A program made the translations under genes and the position numbers. Below are positions 52,667 through 64,000 of a stretch of 64,000 bases of DNA, in pieces (within the stretch, counting starts at the first letter, position 1; each line of letters opens with the position of its first letter). The notes under the pieces are model-generated. The model was given only the letters and a program-made list of their open reading frames with translations, searched no databases and was not told the DNA's origin. Source of the DNA: Proteromonas lacertae (lineage: Eukaryota); the NCBI GenBank assembly GCA_002245135.1, contig NGBS01000292.1:248001-312000 (forward strand). Direction: 5' to 3'.

Positions 52667-54025
52667 ATGGAACCTCTTCCTACAGTGATGTCTAAAATGA
52701 TTCCTAAATCTAATAATGCACAGGTATTGCATTAGTGACTTATCTACCTAGGTTATATTCAATTTGGTGAAATGCTGTTTAGGTTCAGGTGTTCTTGGTT
52801 TGCCAATCGTTTTTGCTGAAGTATTTTTCTAATTTGTGCCTAAATGATTATTTTTTGAATAGACTGGTATTGTAGAAAGCATTTTATTGACCATTCTTAT
52901 TGCTTATTGGACTTATAGTTGTTCAATGAAAATAATAAAAGTAAATAGTTTAAAAAAGCCAAAGACTGATGAATATGTAACACATTCAGATTATAGTGAA
53001 TGTTGTTATCAATGTTATGGTAAAATAGGTGTATATATCTTTGAAGCAAGTACAACAATATCACTATTGGATGTAGGAGTAGTATATACATTAACAGCAG
53101 AAGGAATGTTGTCTAGATTACCTTGGTCCAAAATCGGAATACCATATTTTGAACATAACAGATTAATGATGATATTAATAATAGTAGCCGTTTTAATACC
53201 CGTTAATTTATTAAGAGATATGACATCATTAAGTTGGGCAAGTATGTTGGGAAACGTTTGTATTATAATCTGTTTATTTATTGTATTAATGTATAATAAT
53301 ATAAAAAAATAAATTATTATTATTATTAATAGTTATGGTTTCTTCACAGTTGATTTGAGTTTAATATTCAGTAATATTCCATGGATGACTTCATCATTAA
53401 GTGGATTTTCAAGACTCTTTGGAACAATCATTTATGCATATAGTATAGTGTTAGTAACATTACCAACAGTTGCTGAAATGGAAGAACCACATCAATATTC
53501 ATTAATGGCAATAATATCCTTATTATTGTCATCATTTTTCTATATTATATTTACATCTGTATTAGTTATGCTATATACTAATGATAATGAAGGAGTAAAG
53601 AACAATATATTATACAATATAAATGAAGATTCAATTTGGTATTATATTTCTACTTTAATGATTTCTGTAATGGCAATTTTTTCATTCCCTGTTGCTGTTA
53701 TGCCTGCGCTTCAACTAATAGAACCAAAAAGTAATGATAAGGATAAAGGATTATTCACTATAACTCCATTGAAAATAGTGTTTAGAATTGCAATTACTAT
53801 TGGAGTAGCTGCTGTAGCTTATTTATTTCCTAATTTTAATATTGTCATTTCGTTGCTAGGAAATATCATTTTTGCATTAGTTAATTTCATTATACCCCGT
53901 TGTTGTTAATTAAGATGAATAGTAAGAATATGGATTTGTTAGATAGATGTGTAAATTTTATTTTAATAATATTGGGAGTAGTTGCTGCAATATATACTAC
54001 TGTAACTACAATAAGTACAATGTAG
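52667..54025 (+). CDS. AAAP amino acid permease paralog 3 (1-nt deficit in CCCC at 53895-53898)
   Basis: NLVKCCLGSGVLGLP, LLRDMTSLSWASMLGN, FSFPVAVMPALQ. Confidence 0.85.
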
Positions 54026-54174
54026 TAGTAATTCTATTTTTTCCTTTTTCTTATTAAAGATGTTTTTTTGATGATTAAAAATAATATTTAAACATTACAT
54101 CAATACTCCTAATTGATGTCCTTCATAACATTAAAAAACACATTTTTCGCATGAATGACGAGTGCCCCAAAAAA

Positions 54175-55722
54175 ATGGATCAAGAAGAAAAGGTGGATAT
54201 TCCTCCTTTACAAGAGCCAATTGTGACTGCTGAAGTTACAGTCGAGGTACAAGACCCTGTGCCTGATTGAACCTGTGGTTGTTGAGCCAGTAACGACTGA
54301 GCCAATCAAACAGGTGAAATCAGTTTCTTTGGATGAACCCATTGAAAAGAAAAAAATAGCTAAGAAAAGTACAAACAGTCAAGTATGTAATCTGTTTTTC
54401 TATTTTAAAATTAGGTTTTAATCAATCTAGTGAAGGTCTGTGTTGGATCGGGAGTGTTAGGATTGCCTATTGTTATTCAAGAAGTATAATTCTGGTTTAG
54501 TATCTTTTTTTATATAGTCTGGTCTACTTGAAAGTGTGATAATTATAGCAGCAATTGCCTATTGGACTTATGTTTGTTCTAAAATCTTAATTAAAGCAGA
54601 CAAACTTATTTTACACAGAATTCCAGGAGATGGAAGTTATGAAGCAAGATCTTTATATTCCGAGTTGGGATATAAAGCATTCGGTAAAGTAGGTGTTTAT
54701 ATCTACGAAATATGCACTACTGTAAGCTTACTAGGTGTTGGTGTTGTATATATATTAACCTCATCTGGAATGATGGCGAAATTACCTTGGGATAAGATCG
54801 GAGTGCCTTATTTCTATGATAATCATTACATTATGATATTATTTGTAGCTATTTTATTAATCCCTGTGAATTTATTGAGAGATATGACATCATTGAGTTG
54901 GGCAAGTATGTTAGGTAACTTTGCAATATCTGCAAGTCTTTTAACTGTATTAATCTATGGATTAGTAACAGCAAATTACACTGACATATTGGCAAATGTA
55001 AACTGGGTTAAACCTACATTTAATGGAGTTGCAAATTTGTTTGGAACTACTATTTATGCATTTTCAATGATGTTGATTGTATTACCAACTATTGTATAAA
55101 TATTTATTATTATTATTGTTATATATTAGCAAGAAATGGAACATCCAGATAAGTTTCAAGTATTGAGTAGTATCTCATTAACAATATCAACATTATTCTA
55201 CATTGTATTTGGTTGTTTGTTAGTCATTTTATACTACAACAGTGAAGGTATATATATATATCATATTATTATATATATTATTATGTAGCTGGTGTTGAAA
55301 GTAATATATTATACAATATACCACATAATAATGTATGTTATTGGTTAACTACGATATTCATATCATTAATGTGTATATTAACATATCCAGTAGCTGTAAT
55401 GCCTGCACTACAAATATTAGAACCAAAGGAGAATGAGAATGACAAAGGTTTGTTCACTATAACTCCATTTAAGATCATATTTAGAATAGTGATAGTTGCA
55501 GGAATTGCTGGTATTGCATTGTTATTTCCAACTTTCAATGTGGTTGTTTCTTTGATTGGTAATGTTACTTTAGGAACAGTATCGTTCATTATGCCTCCTT
55601 TATTGTATATAAAGTTGAATAAACATAATACACGAGCTGATTATGTGTATAATGGTGGTATGGCATTTTTTGGATTTGTTGCTGCTTGTTTTGCTACTTT
55701 TGTAACTATATATTTTATGTAA
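54175..55722 (+). CDS. AAAP amino acid permease paralog 4 (apparent extra base near 54265)
   Basis: NLVKVCVGSGVLGLP, LLRDMTSLSWASMLGN, TYPVAVMPALQ, FIMPPLLYIKL. Confidence 0.85.
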
Positions 55723-55892
55723 ATAATGAACATAGAAAAAAGAGTGGTAAAACTGTTACTATATATATATATAAAACTATTATTATAATTATAACAATTT
55801 ATATATGATTATTTATTGTGAATTAAAAATGATCAACACAATCTGGAAAAAAAAGAAAGAGTAATAATATTTATATAAAATCTTCTTAATTT

Positions 55893-57511
55893 TTAATCTT
55901 TATATCTGTAAAACAGTAAATAAGCCATATCCATATCACCTCCACCTTTCAATTGTAAAATATTTTCAGTCTTACATTCTTCAACTGTCGCATCATCAAA
56001 GCAATACCATGAATCGTTATTCTGAGGTGATTTTGTCCAACCGACATAATGTCCACTGTCTGGATTTCTACCTTTATGAGTACATAATGCAAATAATTCA
56101 TAATTACCCATAAAGTTAGAAGGTAATGATTTACCAGCTGTTTCTCCACTTGTTATTGTTGTTACTGAACTTTCTTCTTTTTTCTTATCTTTTTCATCAT
56201 CTTCTTCCTCCATTAAAGCATCCATTGCATCTACTTTCTTTTCTTTACCATTCAATATTTTCTCTTCCATTTTCGCTCTTGGTATATTCAGTATATCTTT
56301 AACATGATTATTACAGAATTCATAAATATCAATAGTTGTTGGAAACATCACTGGTCTCATTATCTTACATTTAACACCTCCATTACTCTCTTTATCACCA
56401 GGTAATGCTTTCCAATAAAACCTCATGTACTGAACACATAGATACTTCGGTAATTTACTAATTCTCTGAGTCTTCTTCCATATACTATTCTTATGCAATT
56501 TAGAGGAGAATTTCTCCACTGTGCCTTCTAAACCTAACTGTAAACCTTGATGCATATGATCTATCTTCTCTACTGTACCAACACCTCCTTGAATATTACA
56601 TAATAATTTTCTGCTCATTTCCTGGTTAGTTTGAGTTGGTTCTTCTGCTTCTGCGTTTGTATAGACTGTCTCTAATTCAATACCAAATAAATCATCTATC
56701 AAATTACCTCCATCACTTGTCTTTAATATCTGAGCACAAGACTGCAAAACACAACTGTATAATTCTTCAGCATCTTCTTGTTTGTATATTGACATTCCAT
56801 GTATGCTTTGCTTATCATCAAATTGTTTATAACACTCTCTTACTGCTGCAATGAATCCTGCTGGATATACTGCTGATGTGGTGTGATCCATTTCATCGAG
56901 GGTTTTTCCTAACATTATGACTAATTTCTCATGTGGATTGAGTGTACTAGTACTGTTGCCGTGTGAATGACTATAATCTTTGACTGCTCGACTGAGTTCT
57001 GGGATAACACGAAGACATTGTAATATTGAGTTTAAATAACATGTATTTTGCATGTTATTTAAACCACAAGGTAATGTCACTCCTAAATTAGTCTTTTCTT
57101 CATTCTTCATATCTTCTACAAATTTGATTTGCTCTTTTGCTATAAAATATATAAATATATATAAAGAAATGAGTTGTTATTATACGTTGAAGTAATGGAG
57201 CGGATTCTGCTGTTCCCATCAAAGTGACTTTTGATTTTTCATTGAAATTATATTTTGAAAGATCATCATCATTCTTTAAACTACCTCTCCAACCATTATT
57301 ACATAACACTGTTTGTTTTTCAATTGGAACACCTATAAATACATTAAAGAAATGATTATATACCAGTTAATTCTAATAAACGCTGTTTGAATGCTGTTGC
57401 TGGTTCTTCAGTGTTTAAAGGAACTTTTTCATAAACATTCTTATTCCATTTTACAGTAAGCTATTCATGAAATAAATTGAAATAAACATGAAATACTTCG
57501 AAGTGTGGCAT
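55893..57511 (-). CDS. USP14: ubiquitin-specific protease USP14/Ubp6 with N-terminal UBL
   Basis: VKWNK...TLMGTAE UBL; Cys box GLNNMQNTCYLNSILQ; RFYWK; His box THKGRNPDSGHYVGW; LKGGGD. Confidence 0.92.
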
Positions 57512-57594
57512 TTGAAAAATCAAGAAGAAAAATACTGAAATATTTGGCTTGAGTTTCAAAATAATACATTGTATTTTATTAAATCTTTTATAAA

Positions 57595-59142
57595 ATGGAA
57601 TCAAGAGATCCTGTGATTGGAATTGACCTTGGAACAACTAATAGTTGTGTTGGTATTTATAAAAACCATCGTGTTGAGATTGTACCTACTCAGACTGGAC
57701 AAAATGTCTTGCCTTCTCGAGTTTGGATTAATAAAGAAGGTGAAAAAATCATTGGAAGTACAGCATGTTCTAAACAGCATAAAGTTATTTATAATTCAAA
57801 AAGATTTATAGGTAAGAACTACAGTAAGATATCTGAAAAAGATAAAGAATGTTGTTCTTTTAGAATTGAGAAAAGTGAAGCTGGTGATATTCCGTTAATG
57901 GTAGTAGAATATGGTGAAAAAGATGAAAAAGAAAAAAAATATAAAAAATATACACCAACACAAATATCATCCTTTATATTGAAAGAATTAAAAAAATTAG
58001 CTGATTTAAAGCTTAATAAAAATAAAAATAATATAACTCCCACAAATGCAGTGATAACTGTTCCAGCATATTTCAATGAAAAACAAAGAGAAGAAACAAA
58101 AAAAGCAGCTGAATTAGCCAATTTAAAAGTAATTCAATTAATAAATGAACCAACAGCAGCTGCATTTGCATATTGTGATCATTTAAATAATCTGAATGAT
58201 AAATCTTATACGCACATCTTAGTTTATGATTTTGGAGGTGGTACATTTGATGTATCTTTAGTTAAAGTAGATCATGAAAATAAAAAAATAATTGTCTTAA
58301 AAACAGATGGTGATAATCATTTAGGAGGTGAAGATATTGATCAAAAGTTCGTAGATAATTATGCTTGTTATTATAATGTAAAAGGAGTTGAAGATACTCC
58401 AAAAGAAATAAAACTAAAAATGAAACCAATATGTGAAGCTGCTAAGAAGTATTTAACTACTGATACACAAACTAATTTTAAGTTTGATATGTTTGGATTT
58501 GATGATGATGGGTATGACATATCAAGAGAAAGTTTTATATCAATGATAGAAGAGATATTAAATAAAACATTTGAAATAGTTGAAAATATGGTGAATAGTA
58601 TGAATGGATTTAATAAGAATGATATAAATTATATTGTATTAGTTGGTGGAAGTTCAAAAATTCCATATATTGAAGATAAATTAAAAGAAATGTTTCCTGC
58701 TAGTGTAATAAAGAAAGACATTAACACTGAAGAAGTTGTTGCAATTGGTGCTACACTTTATGCAAGTGGTAGTGTATTAAATGGTTATGAATGTGTTGAT
58801 ATTATTTCACACAGTTTATCGACTGATGTAGCTGGTGGAAAATCACAAATACTATTTCCAAAGAATAGTGTAATTCCATCAACCAAAATACTAACTTATA
58901 TAAATACAGATGATTCTGGTTTTAGTCATATTGGTATTTATGAAGGTGAAAATAAAGATTATTCTGATAATAAATACTTAGGTGGATGTAATATTCCAAT
59001 AACATCTGCTAAACCAGGAATGGTTAAATTCACTGTAATTTATAAAATAAACAAGAGTGGAGTGATTGAAATAACTGCGAAAGAAGAAAATCCAAATCCT
59101 CATGAAATATTAGAAAAGATTGAATTGAATGAATCTGTGTAA
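57595..59142 (+). CDS. second divergent lid-less Hsp70-family protein
   Basis: [37 protein letters not shown]; 515 aa, no EEVD. Confidence 0.9.
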   Translation: MESRDPVIGIDLGTTNSCVGIYKNHRVEIVPTQTGQNVLPSRVWINKEGEKIIGSTACSKQHKVIYNSKRFIGKNYSKISEKDKECCSFRIEKSEAGDIPLMVVEYGEKDEKEKKYKKYTPTQISSFILKELKKLADLKLNKNKNNITPTNAVITVPAYFNEKQREETKKAAELANLKVIQLINEPTAAAFAYCDHLNNLNDKSYTHILVYDFGGGTFDVSLVKVDHENKKIIVLKTDGDNHLGGEDIDQKFVDNYACYYNVKGVEDTPKEIKLKMKPICEAAKKYLTTDTQTNFKFDMFGFDDDGYDISRESFISMIEEILNKTFEIVENMVNSMNGFNKNDINYIVLVGGSSKIPYIEDKLKEMFPASVIKKDINTEEVVAIGATLYASGSVLNGYECVDIISHSLSTDVAGGKSQILFPKNSVIPSTKILTYINTDDSGFSHIGIYEGENKDYSDNKYLGGCNIPITSAKPGMVKFTVIYKINKSGVIEITAKEENPNPHEILEKIELNESV

Positions 59143-59211
59143 AGTAGTAATATTTAAAATATAAAAAAAATAACAAATAATAAATAAAATTAAGTTATAA
59201 ATATTATTGTT

Positions 59212-59869
59212 TTATATTGTAGTTATTAAAGTAGAATTTAGGAAGGGTTTCTTTCTCCTTCTTGATATTTTAAAATCTTCTTGATCTGTTCTTACTGTAT
59301 CAACTATATCTCTTGCTATTGTACCTCTTTTTGGTTCTGACATTTGCCATTGTTTTGGTTTAACTGTAATTTCATCAACTACCTCTTGAACAAATGGAGG
59401 AGGTTCTAATGGAGGTGGAGGAATATCTGGTTTTTCAACCACTTTTCTTTCCCTTATTCTCTTCTTTGCTTGCGGAGAATTAATTCTTAAAATGACACCA
59501 GTATGTGGACGAGTTAAAGAAGCTTGTGAAACTGAATCATCACCTTTTTGTCTTTTATTTCCTTTTTTAACATTCTTTTTTATTCTATTGCTTCTACGAC
59601 TAGACAAAGATGCTATTGACTGTAACTGATCAACATCAAACATCTCTTCTTCATCAGCTTGTGATAAAAGATCATCTACATTTGCTTGAAATGTTTCATG
59701 ATCAATGATACTTGCGCAATAATAAGGAATTTTGCCACCTAACAAATAACTATTAAAAATGTTAATAAAAATAATATACCCTAGAATTCTTTTATTTCTG
59801 TAATATATTTTTGGTTCTATATCTCATAAATAGAAATTATATACCATTTTTCGAAGCTGTTCTTGACAT
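59212..59869 (-). CDS. hypothetical basic/Pro-rich protein (2 introns)
   Basis: 177-aa ORF plus two short 5' exons starting at ATG 59869. Confidence 0.55.
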
Positions 59870-60039
59870 AATCAATAAATAAAAAATCAAACGACTACTT
59901 TTTTCAAACTAAGAATCAAACCTATTTAATAATTTAAAAACATTAATAATAATGTAAATGTTATAAAAAGGATTAAAATGAATTTAATGCTCAATACAAT
60001 ATACAACAAAAAAAAAATATAATTACTATAAGTATAGAG

Positions 60040-60061
60040 AAAAAAGAAAAAAAAGAAAAAA
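60040..60061 (-). terminator. Pol III oligo-T terminator of tRNA-His
   Basis: Several T6-T9 runs a few nt downstream of the tRNA on the minus strand. Confidence 0.7.
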
Positions 60062-60066
60062 TATCT

Positions 60067-60139
60067 TGCCCGGGCCGCGATTCGGACGCGGGTTATTTCG
60101 GCCACAACGAAATGTACTAACCAACTATACTACCCGGGC
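60067..60139 (-). tRNA. tRNA-His(GTG)
   Basis: Acceptor stem GCCCGGG/CCCGGGC, anticodon arm TTTCG-TTGTGGC-CGAAA, T arm CCGCG-TCCGAAT-CGCGG. Confidence 0.93.
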
Positions 60140-60219
60140 TCTATTAATTATGTAATAATTGGGTTTATTAATTTTATTTTTTCTTTTTAATTAAAAAAAT
60201 CATTTCATTTTCAAAAATC

Positions 60220-61578
60220 ATGTCAACAAATTCAACAACCACAAATTCAAGTATAAAAACCAAAAGAAATAATTTTTGCAATAGCCTTATCAGAAGATTT
60301 ACAAACTATTATTCAAAATGCACCACATGACACCAGATATAGAACAGAGGTATATTAAAATTGCGATATTTTTGTTCAGGATGTTACCAATACAGAAGGA
60401 ATAGAATTTTCAATGTTCGGTCTTAAAAAAGATCTACTAATGGGAATTTTCAATAAAGGATTTACAAAACCTTCTCCCATACAAGAAAAAGCAATACCAG
60501 TAGCATTAATGAGAAAAAACATACTTGGCCGTGCTAAAAACGGAACTGGCAAAACTTGCTCATTTGTTATCCCCTGCCTTCAATTAATTAATACCGAACT
60601 CCCTGTAATTCAAGCTATCATTTTAGTTCCTACACGTGAATTAGCATTACAAACTTCAGCCGTAGTAAAAGAAATAGGTAAATTCATACCAAACTTGCAA
60701 TGTATGGTTAGTACAGGTGGTACTTCAGTAAAAGAAGATATATTAAGATTAGAAAAACCAGTACATATTCTAGTAGGTACTCCTGGTAGAATAAATGATT
60801 TAATTCATAAAAATATTGTCAAATTAGGTAGATGTGATATTATAGTTATGGATGAAGCTGATAAATTATTGTCATCTACATTCATTCCTGTAATCGAAGA
60901 TATTATTCACGGATTCCCCAAAGCTCCTCAGATTGTACTATTTTCTGCTACTTTCCCCGTCTCTGTAAAGTCTTTTAAAGATAAATATATGCCAGATGCT
61001 GAGGAGATTAATATAATGGAAGAATTGACTTTGAGAGGTGTTACACAGTATTATGCATATGTAGAAGAAAGAGATAAAGTTAGATGTTTAACTACACTAT
61101 TTAGTAGAGTATATAATAATATTTTAATATAATTAATTTTATAAATTTTCAATAGTTGGAAATTGTACAAAGTATAATCTTTTGCAATAGTGTAGAAAGA
61201 GTAGAATTATTAACTAAGAAGATGACTGAGTATGGATATGCTTGTATGTATATTCATTCACAAATGAAACAAGAAGATAGAAATCGAGTATTCCATGAGT
61301 TTAGACAAGGTAGAACTAGACATTTAGTGTGTTCTGATTTAATTACTAGAGGTATTGATGTCCCAGCTGTTAATGTAGTGATTAATTTCGATTTCCCTTA
61401 TGCTTCAGAAACTTATCTTCACAGAATTGGTAGATCAGGAAGATATGGACATCTAGGATTGGCTATTAACCTTATTACAAAGAAGGATAAGATGTCACTC
61501 TATCAGATTGAACAAGAGCTGGGTACGGAGATTAAACCGATACCACGAGAAGTTGATCGAACTTTGTATTGTTCGTAA
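60220..61578 (+). CDS. DDX6: DEAD-box helicase DDX6/Dhh1 (2 introns)
   Basis: [57 protein letters not shown]. Confidence 0.95.
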
Positions 61579-61896
61579 TACTTCTTATACCTTTTTTTTG
61601 ACTCACTTACAATTAATTCGTGGCAAAACCTTGTTCACACAGTGGTTTCATCATTTGGATTAGCATTTGTTGAATTAATACTCTGTGAACCTTTCTGGAG
61701 TCAATTTAATTTTGTTTTGGGTTGATTATAAAGAAAAAAAGATGAAAATGAAAAATTTGTTTTAAAAATAGAGTCGTTTCTCTACTACAAAAAAACTGTT
61801 GGTTGATTTATTGTGGATTATATATCTCATTTACTAAATTACTAGAAGTAGATTACATACCACTATAGCAAAATATACTGTGTTTCAGTTGATCAA

Positions 61897-64000
61897 ATGA
61901 ACTTCGTTCTTCATCTTTGTATGGATTTGTTATTTTATTGTGTTATGTAGATGTAATATATATAATACTCACATATGGAGTATTAGCTTTTTCAATAGAT
62001 GATTCATCATCTTTTATAACAAATAGTCATTTAAACAGTATTTAATACCTTTGATATAATTAATAGATATGTCATTTCACTATACTAAGCAATACTGCAA
62101 GTATACAGTTGGAACAAGAATAAAGGACAATTATCCTTCTACAGCCAATGGTTTATACAATATAAAACCCTCATTGCCTTTTGGTGTTTTTCTCAACAGA
62201 ATAACAGGTGTTATTAGTGGTATACCTTTATTTACACAAAAACGACAAGAATATGAAGTTGCATACACTGATACGAATGGTAATACAACAAACACACATA
62301 TATTTATATCTGTGAGTAATAATAACATAAATGATGAAATAGATGAAGATATTAAAAGAAAATTATCAAGCGAAGATGACACTGAAGAGTTTATATCACT
62401 ATTTGCAGGTGAAGATGCAGATATAAAAATAACCAAGTCATATATTGTGAATATGTCCAAGATAGACAAACCAATTTTAAATTTTCATTCATTTTATAGT
62501 TTAACCAATCAAAACCCATCATTATCTCCAGCAATAATAACCATTATATGTGATAGAAATCAAAATTTTCAGTTATTTGGTGATTTGAAGAATGTTTACA
62601 TTGCAAATGTTTATTTCAATATTTATACATCAGATGAAAGTGAATCTCCAGAAATTCTATTAAATGGAATAATCAAGTCAATAGAAAACTCTTATTTATA
62701 TAATGTACATATATCTATACAAAATATAGAGAATAAAGAGATTATATTGATTTGTAATGATAGTTTAAATAGTTATTGTGGTTTATTAAGTAGTAATATA
62801 ACCAATTCTACGCTGTTCCATATCGGATTTATAAATGGCAATAATCTAATAATCAAAGCATCAGCTAGTAATAATAAGATTGGTTTATTAATTGGAAATA
62901 TTGATAGTTCAAATTGTTATGGTTGTTTTATCAATAGTAATAATGACAAATCGATTAAAATAGACAACACGAATAGTCAATATGATTTTTCAATTGGTTT
63001 GTTGATAGTTAATAGTGTAAATAGTAATTTCATGTATTCATTTGTGAATATTGATATATTTATTTATAATAATAATAACCAACAACAGAATAGTATTAGT
63101 TTATTTATTAATAGAATGAATGGAATAGATAGTAGAATAACCAATAGTTTTGTGTTAATAAGAAGTGAATTATTGATTGAGAATGTTGATTTTAGTGGAT
63201 TTATTTATTCAAATGATTGTAATGATCTGAATATAAAAGATAGTTATGTAGAATTACATGGAATTATGATTAGTAAAGAAAGTTCGTTTATAACAAGTGG
63301 TTTTATATACAATAGTAATGGAAAATCAATAACAATGACAGATACATTTATAAAGTTATGCTTTGAAGAAAGTAGTTATAATTTTGATTATTATTTGTTC
63401 AATTATGTTAGAAAGAGTGTATTGAATATGAAGAATTGTTTATTCTACATAAATCGTAATACAGTTGTTGATATTTCAGGTGCAAATAGTATTAGTAGAA
63501 ACATAGAAAGTAGTTATTATATTACACCAAAGAATAATACAATTGAAAGTAATTCAATAACAGAAATAAAGAACATAAAAGAATGTAGTGAATTACCAAA
63601 TGGATTTGATTTATTAGATGCTATTAATAGAGATTTTTCAACGATTTATAACAAAGAAATGTCTTTCTTTGACGTTTCAAAGAAACAAATTAATGATATT
63701 ACTTCAACTATAAATGGAAATTCTTTTCTTTCAGTAGATATTGAGTTTATAAAATTGAACAAGGTATTGTATAGTAATTTATATGGGAATATATTCACTA
63801 TTTATCACAATATTCCAGAAAGGATATATAACAATGAAAATAAAGACATAGTGAAATTATATAATATGAATATTACTATAAAATATCCATCAGAATCAAA
63901 TATAGTTGGGAAAATAGATAGTTGTATATTGTTTGATGAGAAAATAGATGAGATTTTTACTGAATATTCCATACTAATAAACATATCAAAATGTATAGAT
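61897..64000 (+). CDS. large Asn/Ile-rich secreted or surface protein with He_PIG-like Ig domain (runs off the window)
   Basis: Spliced N-terminus MNFVLHLYVIYIILTYGVLAFS is signal-like; the exon from 62067 has IKPSLPFGVFLNRITGVISGIP; absent from the ORF track, apparently because no stop occurs before the window end. Confidence 0.7.

Noticed and set aside
53513..53521. ATATCCTT inside AAAP paralog 3
   Set aside because: It lies in an open, paralog-aligned TM helix with no matching branch site or acceptor
1..64000. Stop codons created by polyadenylation (Blastocystis feature)
   Set aside because: Every complete gene I traced has a genomically encoded stop; no example can be supported without cDNA

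Overview
This is very AT-rich, gene-dense eukaryotic nuclear DNA with about 30 genes, intergenic gaps often of only 60-200 bp, and many tiny (~23-55 nt) GT-AG introns. The gene style and content suggest a Blastocystis/Opalinata-like stramenopile; this is an inference, not shown by the sequence. Housekeeping genes: UCHL5 3' end, DDX27, DeSI/PPPDE, AKTIP, CLC, cytosolic HSP70 with a heat-shock element, the flagellar dynein chain WDR63, TMEM145/GPR180-like, a CCX exchanger, p47/UBX, CDC73, USP14, DDX6 and tRNA-His. Expanded or accessory families: four amino-acid permeases, two lid-less Hsp70s, pseudokinase-LRR genes, a BTB-Ig-SPRY pseudogene and an Ig-domain surface protein. The most striking signal is seven short (50-72 nt) U12-type introns with ATATC(C/T)TT donors, six of them with TTCTTTAAT-like branch sites. 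Four lie in one gene, two or three end in non-canonical AA, and one occurs in only one of four paralogs. Also notable: a K+ channel fused to a large secreted-type ectodomain, a recurrent GG(C/T)TTGA promoter motif, and a candidate H/ACA-like hairpin RNA. Coordinates of multi-exon genes are spans read by eye. Several isolated single-base frameshifts may be assembly errors.
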